From NCBI GenBank assembly GCA_030834185.1, contig JAURFT010000002.1:5089-69088 (forward strand): a DNA stretch of 64,000 nt, given 5' to 3'. Origin of the DNA: Candidatus Nanopelagicales bacterium (GTDB taxonomy: Bacteria; Actinomycetota; Actinomycetes; S36-B12; UBA5976). Under the pieces are notes generated by a model, which saw nothing but the letters and a program-made list of their open reading frames with translations, made no database searches and was not told where the DNA came from. Both the position numbers and the translations under genes were made by a program. Each line of letters begins with the position of its first letter. The stretch's first letter is position 1. This document shows positions 59,884 through 64,000 of this stretch, piece by piece.

Positions 59884-60870
59884 ATGAACAACGCAATAGC
59901 TGCCAGTGATTTGGTAAAAACCTATCCAAAAGGCAAAGTTAAAGCTCTAGATGGACTTTCTCTTGAAGTTGAAGAGGGAACCGTGCTTGGGGTGCTTGGC
60001 CCAAATGGTGCGGGTAAAACTACCTGCGTCAGAGTGCTGGCCACTTTGCTCAAACCAGATTCTGGCAGCGCCACAGTTGCTGGGGTAGATGTAATCAAAA
60101 ATCCAGATCAAGTTCGGAAATTAATCGGACTTTCTGGTCAGTATGCAGCTGTTGATGAAACTCTAACTGGCTGGGACAACTTGGTAATGTTTGGCAGGCT
60201 TTATCACTTGTCAAATTCCCAAGCTAAGGCTCGTGCAACTGAATTATTAGAGCAATTCAAACTGACAGAGAGCGCGAAACGAGCTATCACTACTTATTCC
60301 GGTGGAATGCGTCGAAGATTAGATTTAGCTGCAGCTTTAATTGTGCGACCTAAGGTTTTATTCTTGGATGAGCCAACAACAGGATTAGACCCACGTGGCC
60401 GGTTAGATATGTGGGATGCCATTAAAGATCTGGTTGCAGGTGGAGCAACCCTGTTGCTTACCACGCAATATCTTGAAGAAGCCGATCAATTAGCTGATGA
60501 CATCATTGTTATTGATCATGGAAAAGTAATTGCAAACGGCACATCTGATGAATTGAAAGCACAAGTTGGTGGCGAAAAGCTTGAAGTAACAGTTGCACCA
60601 TCCAGTCTTTTGGCAACTAAAGCGGCGCTGGAATTAATCACCAGTCATGAGGCACAAGTTGATGAACAATTTAATCGAATCTCAATCGCTGTTGCAGGTG
60701 GAAGCGCTGCATTAAGTGATGTAGTGCGAGCCCTAGATGGCCGATCAATTGAAATTTTAGATCTTGCGCTTAAGCGCCCATCTTTAGATGATGTCTTTTT
60801 GGCACTAACAGGACATGTTGCCGAAATTGAAGAAGAAGCAGAAGTTAAGCCAAAGGGGCGACGTCGATGA
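59884..60870 (+). CDS. ABC transporter ATP-binding protein (DrrA-like, ABC-2 exporter)
   Basis: It has Walker A GPNGAGKTT, the signature YSGGMRRRL and Walker B LFLDEPTTGLD. Confidence 0.9.
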   Translation: MNNAIAASDLVKTYPKGKVKALDGLSLEVEEGTVLGVLGPNGAGKTTCVRVLATLLKPDSGSATVAGVDVIKNPDQVRKLIGLSGQYAAVDETLTGWDNLVMFGRLYHLSNSQAKARATELLEQFKLTESAKRAITTYSGGMRRRLDLAAALIVRPKVLFLDEPTTGLDPRGRLDMWDAIKDLVAGGATLLLTTQYLEEADQLADDIIVIDHGKVIANGTSDELKAQVGGEKLEVTVAPSSLLATKAALELITSHEAQVDEQFNRISIAVAGGSAALSDVVRALDGRSIEILDLALKRPSLDDVFLALTGHVAEIEEEAEVKPKGRRR

Positions 60871-61658
60871 GCGCAATTAAAGATGGACTGATAATTACTA
60901 AGCGCCAGCTGCTGCAGCTAAGCCGCGTCCCAGAAGTGCTTATTTTCTCAACAATTCAACCAGTTATGTTTGTGTTGTTATTTCGATATGTATTTGGTGG
61001 TGCCATTGATACGCCAGGAACTGATTATGTTCAGTTTTTGATGCCAGGCATCTTTGTGCAGACAGTGGCATTTACGTTAGCAACGACATCTGTTGGCTTA
61101 GCCATGGATATGACTAAAGGTTTAATCGATCGATTCAGATCACTTCCAATTGCACGATCAGCTGTAATTCTTGGTAGAACGTTGGGTGATGCAACTCTAA
61201 ATATTGTTGTGCTGCTGGTCATGGCAATAACTGGAGTAGTTGTTGGATGGCGCCCAAGTTCTGGCATTGTTTCAATATTGGCAGGATTTTTATTGTTAAT
61301 GCTATTTGGATACGCCATGTCTTGGATTGGCATTCTGATTGGTTTATCAGTTAGAGATGCCCGCACAGCTAACAATTTGGTGTTTCTAATTGTTTTCCCA
61401 ATGACTTTTTTGTCAAACGCTTTCGCTCCAACAACAGCTATGCCAAGAGTGCTGCAATACTTTGCTGAGTGGAATCCAGTTTCAACCATGGTTGCTGCAT
61501 GTAGAGAACTATTTGGACTTGAAAATGCATTTGGCGTGACTGCTGGATCATTTCCTAGCGAAAACCCAGTGCTGATGTCGCTAGTTTATATTGCAATAAT
61601 TATGGCCATATTAGTTCCTGTCAGTGTAGCAAAATACAAACGAACTTCAAGTAAGTAA
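60867..61658 (+). CDS. ABC-2-type transporter permease
   Basis: A six-TM protein translationally coupled to the ATPase gene through an ATGA overlap. Confidence 0.85.
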   Translation: MSAIKDGLIITKRQLLQLSRVPEVLIFSTIQPVMFVLLFRYVFGGAIDTPGTDYVQFLMPGIFVQTVAFTLATTSVGLAMDMTKGLIDRFRSLPIARSAVILGRTLGDATLNIVVLLVMAITGVVVGWRPSSGIVSILAGFLLLMLFGYAMSWIGILIGLSVRDARTANNLVFLIVFPMTFLSNAFAPTTAMPRVLQYFAEWNPVSTMVAACRELFGLENAFGVTAGSFPSENPVLMSLVYIAIIMAILVPVSVAKYKRTSSK

Positions 61659-62861
61659 TTACTTCTTATTTTTGTAATAATTGCTTAGAAATTCAGCTTT
61701 GTAATCAAAAAAGCTGCCATCATTGATTGCATCTCGCATTTTTGCAACAAGGGAAATAATAAAGTATTCATTGTGAATTGTTGCCAGCGTAGAGCCAAGC
61801 ATCTCTTTGGCTCGAAATAGATGATTTAAATAAGCTTTTGTGTAATTAGTGCAGGTGTAACAAGGGCAATTTTCCTCTACCGGAGAAAAATTATTTTTAA
61901 ATGCAGCCATTGTGATATTCACACGGCCAAATTTGCTAAAAATAGTTCCAGTTCTGGCAATGCGTGCTGGTGCTACGCAATCAAAAGTATCTGCTCCATT
62001 TTCTACGCCAATAAATAAGTCATCAGGTTCACCGATTCCCAATAAATGCCGCGGCTTATCGGCTGGCAGTTCTTCATTTACCCAACCAACAATGGTGCCT
62101 AATTCATTTTTATCTAGGGCGCCGCCAATTCCAAAACCATCAAAATCAAGCTCACTTAAATCTCGTGCAGCTTTTCGTCGCAAGTCCTCATATTGCGCAC
62201 CTTGCACTACACCAAACAGCATTTGGTAAGGGCGATGGCTGCGCTGGAGGGTTAGTTTCTTATGTTCAGCAATACACCGCTGAGCCCATGCATAAGTGCG
62301 ATCGAGTGACATCTCTTGATATTCGCGGGTGTTAAGCAATGTTGTGCATTCATCGAATGCAAAAATTATGTCTGCACCTATTTGATGCTGAACCTGCATT
62401 GAAACTTCTGGGGTGAAGCGGTGCATGCTGCCATCAAGGTGAGATTTAAATGTAACGCCATCATCATCAACGAGTGCTAATCGATCCTTGTTCTCAGCCA
62501 TCACATCATCTGCTTGCACAGTATCGGCATCCATAGCTAAAACTTTTTTGAAGCCAACACCAAGTGAAAGCACCTGAAATCCACCGCTGTCTGTGAAGGT
62601 TGGTCCTGACCAATTCATAAATTCGCCAACCCCGCCAGCAGCATCAATAATTTGCGGCCCTGGCTGCAGGTAAAGGTGATATGCATTTGCCAATACCGCT
62701 TGCGCACCAAGTTCAGCAACAGTTTCAGGTAAAACTGACTTCACGGTGGCTTTGGTGCCTACTGGAATAAATGCTGGAGTTGGAATTGCGCCATGAGCAG
62801 TAGTGATGATGCCAGTTCGGCCAAGTCGGCCCGCTAGCTGGGTTTCTAGTTGAAAACTCAT
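61659..62861 (-). CDS. tgt: tRNA-guanine transglycosylase (queuine tRNA-ribosyltransferase)
   Basis: It has the DSGGFQ motif and the zinc site CPCYTC ... H. Confidence 0.92.
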   Translation of the reverse strand: MSFQLETQLAGRLGRTGIITTAHGAIPTPAFIPVGTKATVKSVLPETVAELGAQAVLANAYHLYLQPGPQIIDAAGGVGEFMNWSGPTFTDSGGFQVLSLGVGFKKVLAMDADTVQADDVMAENKDRLALVDDDGVTFKSHLDGSMHRFTPEVSMQVQHQIGADIIFAFDECTTLLNTREYQEMSLDRTYAWAQRCIAEHKKLTLQRSHRPYQMLFGVVQGAQYEDLRRKAARDLSELDFDGFGIGGALDKNELGTIVGWVNEELPADKPRHLLGIGEPDDLFIGVENGADTFDCVAPARIARTGTIFSKFGRVNITMAAFKNNFSPVEENCPCYTCTNYTKAYLNHLFRAKEMLGSTLATIHNEYFIISLVAKMRDAINDGSFFDYKAEFLSNYYKNKK

Positions 62862-62998
62862 GATTTAGCCTCAGATTACCCTAAGGCTAGAAGTATGGCT
62901 AAGGGCAGCAGGATATTTGAATTAATTCGCAGGAAATTCAAGCAGGCTTTATGGTTATGCTCTATCGATTCGCAGACTTTGAAAGTAGATTCATTTTC

Positions 62999-64000
62999 AT
63001 GAAAAAAAGCTGGATCGCCATCGGGTTAAGCGCATTATTGATTGGACAATCAATAAGTGCTGTTGCTGTAGTTTCAACTACTTCAAGCCCGGTTAGTGGC
63101 GTTAAGTATTCCTGGGTTGTCACTTTGCACAGTGTTACCGATGGCGATCGTGGCGAACATGTTTGTACAGGTGCACTAATTGATGATTACACAGTAATTA
63201 CTGCAGCCCATTGTCTAAATGCTTTGGCTTTTGATGACTGGGTAATTGTGCAGGGCCGGTTAAATTCAGACGATCGAGGCCGGGTGCTCACACCTTTTGA
63301 TTTTAAGATTCATCCAAGTTACGACCCAATAACTTCAAACAACGATATTGCTGTTATTTATCTTTATTACCCCGCATACTCTTCAAAACATTTACGGATT
63401 GCTGGACCACAGAAGAAATTTACACAAGCAGATATGTTTCTATTTGGCTGGGGAGTCGATGAATTTGAAAATATTCCTTATCAACTGCGCAGGGCTAAAC
63501 AGCGGTTAGCTCCAAAGTCAGCAATTAATGAATACTTCAAGAGTTTTGATCCCACTACACAACTTGCTACGTTGTTGTATTTCAAAATTAAGGATGCTTT
63601 TGCAGGTGCCTGTAAAGGAGATTCAGGAGGTCCGTTAGTTAAAACTATTAAAAAGGTTGATTATTTGGTTGGCGTAGTTTCATATGGTGGTAGAGCGTGT
63701 AATACGCCTGCACCAACTGTTTTCACTAAAGCTGCAACTTTTCGAGACTGGATTTCACAAGTTCGATTTGAAGCTAAGTCGAAGCACGCAGCTGATATCA
63801 AGATATCAACCGAACCTTTTTATGTAACAGGCGGGGAAACACTACCTATCTTAAATGTTGCCGATCCAACTAGTGGTGGGTATCTAAAGAGCAGCGCCCA
63901 GCTTGTAACTGGAGATTTAACTAATGATGAAATTGATATCGCAAACCTCACTGTAGATTCATATGAGAGGGATCAAGAGTATGGCAGGGTTGCTTTAACA
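62999..64000 (+). CDS. secreted trypsin-like (S1 family) serine protease; the gene continues past the right edge
   Basis: Hand translation from ATG 62999 gives a signal peptide (MKKSWIAIGLSALLIGQSISAVA) and the catalytic triad motifs TAAHC, NNDIAV and GDSGGP. A non-protease C-terminal extension follows. The frame is still open at 64000, so it is not in the ORF track. Confidence 0.85.
   Translation, partial: MKKSWIAIGLSALLIGQSISAVAVVSTTSSPVSGVKYSWVVTLHSVTDGDRGEHVCTGALIDDYTVITAAHCLNALAFDDWVIVQGRLNSDDRGRVLTPFDFKIHPSYDPITSNNDIAVIYLYYPAYSSKHLRIAGPQKKFTQADMFLFGWGVDEFENIPYQLRRAKQRLAPKSAINEYFKSFDPTTQLATLLYFKIKDAFAGACKGDSGGPLVKTIKKVDYLVGVVSYGGRACNTPAPTVFTKAATFRDWISQVRFEAKSKHAADIKISTEPFYVTGGETLPILNVADPTSGGYLKSSAQLVTGDLTNDEIDIANLTVDSYERDQEYGRVALT

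Overview
The window reads as the chromosome of a moderate-to-low-GC, gene-dense actinobacterium. The evidence is a WhiB1-type gene next to a PdtaS-type histidine kinase, a fused E2/E1 2-oxoglutarate dehydrogenase (Kgd), a nickel superoxide dismutase with its SodX protease, a bL37-like mini-ORF, and a sugar ABC operon that lacks its own ATPase. A freshwater acI/Nanopelagicales-like origin is my inference only. I support about 63 protein-coding genes (two of them cut by the window edges), one RNase P RNA (class A), one yybP-ykoY (Mn2+) riboswitch ahead of a TerC-family gene, several intrinsic-terminator-like hairpins, one perfect CRP/FNR-type palindrome upstream of whiB1, and one perfect 16-bp tandem duplication. 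I saw no rRNA, tRNA, CRISPR array, transposase, integrase, phage gene or recognisable defence system. Most of the window is housekeeping: cysteine synthesis, TCA, redox and ROS enzymes, tRNA modification, PPDK and Met/Cys C-S lyases. The accessory-looking part is a visibly AT-richer block at about 28.2-37.1 kb, possibly extending to 39.4 kb. It lies between the conserved nif3/zinc-ribbon/RNase H trio and rnpB, and carries a seven-gene amino-sugar-like cassette (ABC importer, PIG-L deacetylase, GH4 glycosidase, PfkB kinase, GNAT) plus a second copy of a PatB/MalY-type lyase. The observations most worth follow-up are: (1) this cassette as a possible non-PTS deacetylate-then-cleave chitobiose-type route; (2) an unusually long 463-bp gap between two convergent genes (19883-20345) with GNRA-capped hairpins that looks like an unassigned structured RNA; (3) a shared tandem GTAAGCC-type motif in the two long leaders of the island; (4) a Cys-rich, possibly leaderless short ORF upstream of cysK-cysE; and (5) a 24-codon bL37-like ORF missing from the ORF track. 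All functional calls come from motif recognition by eye. No database search was run.
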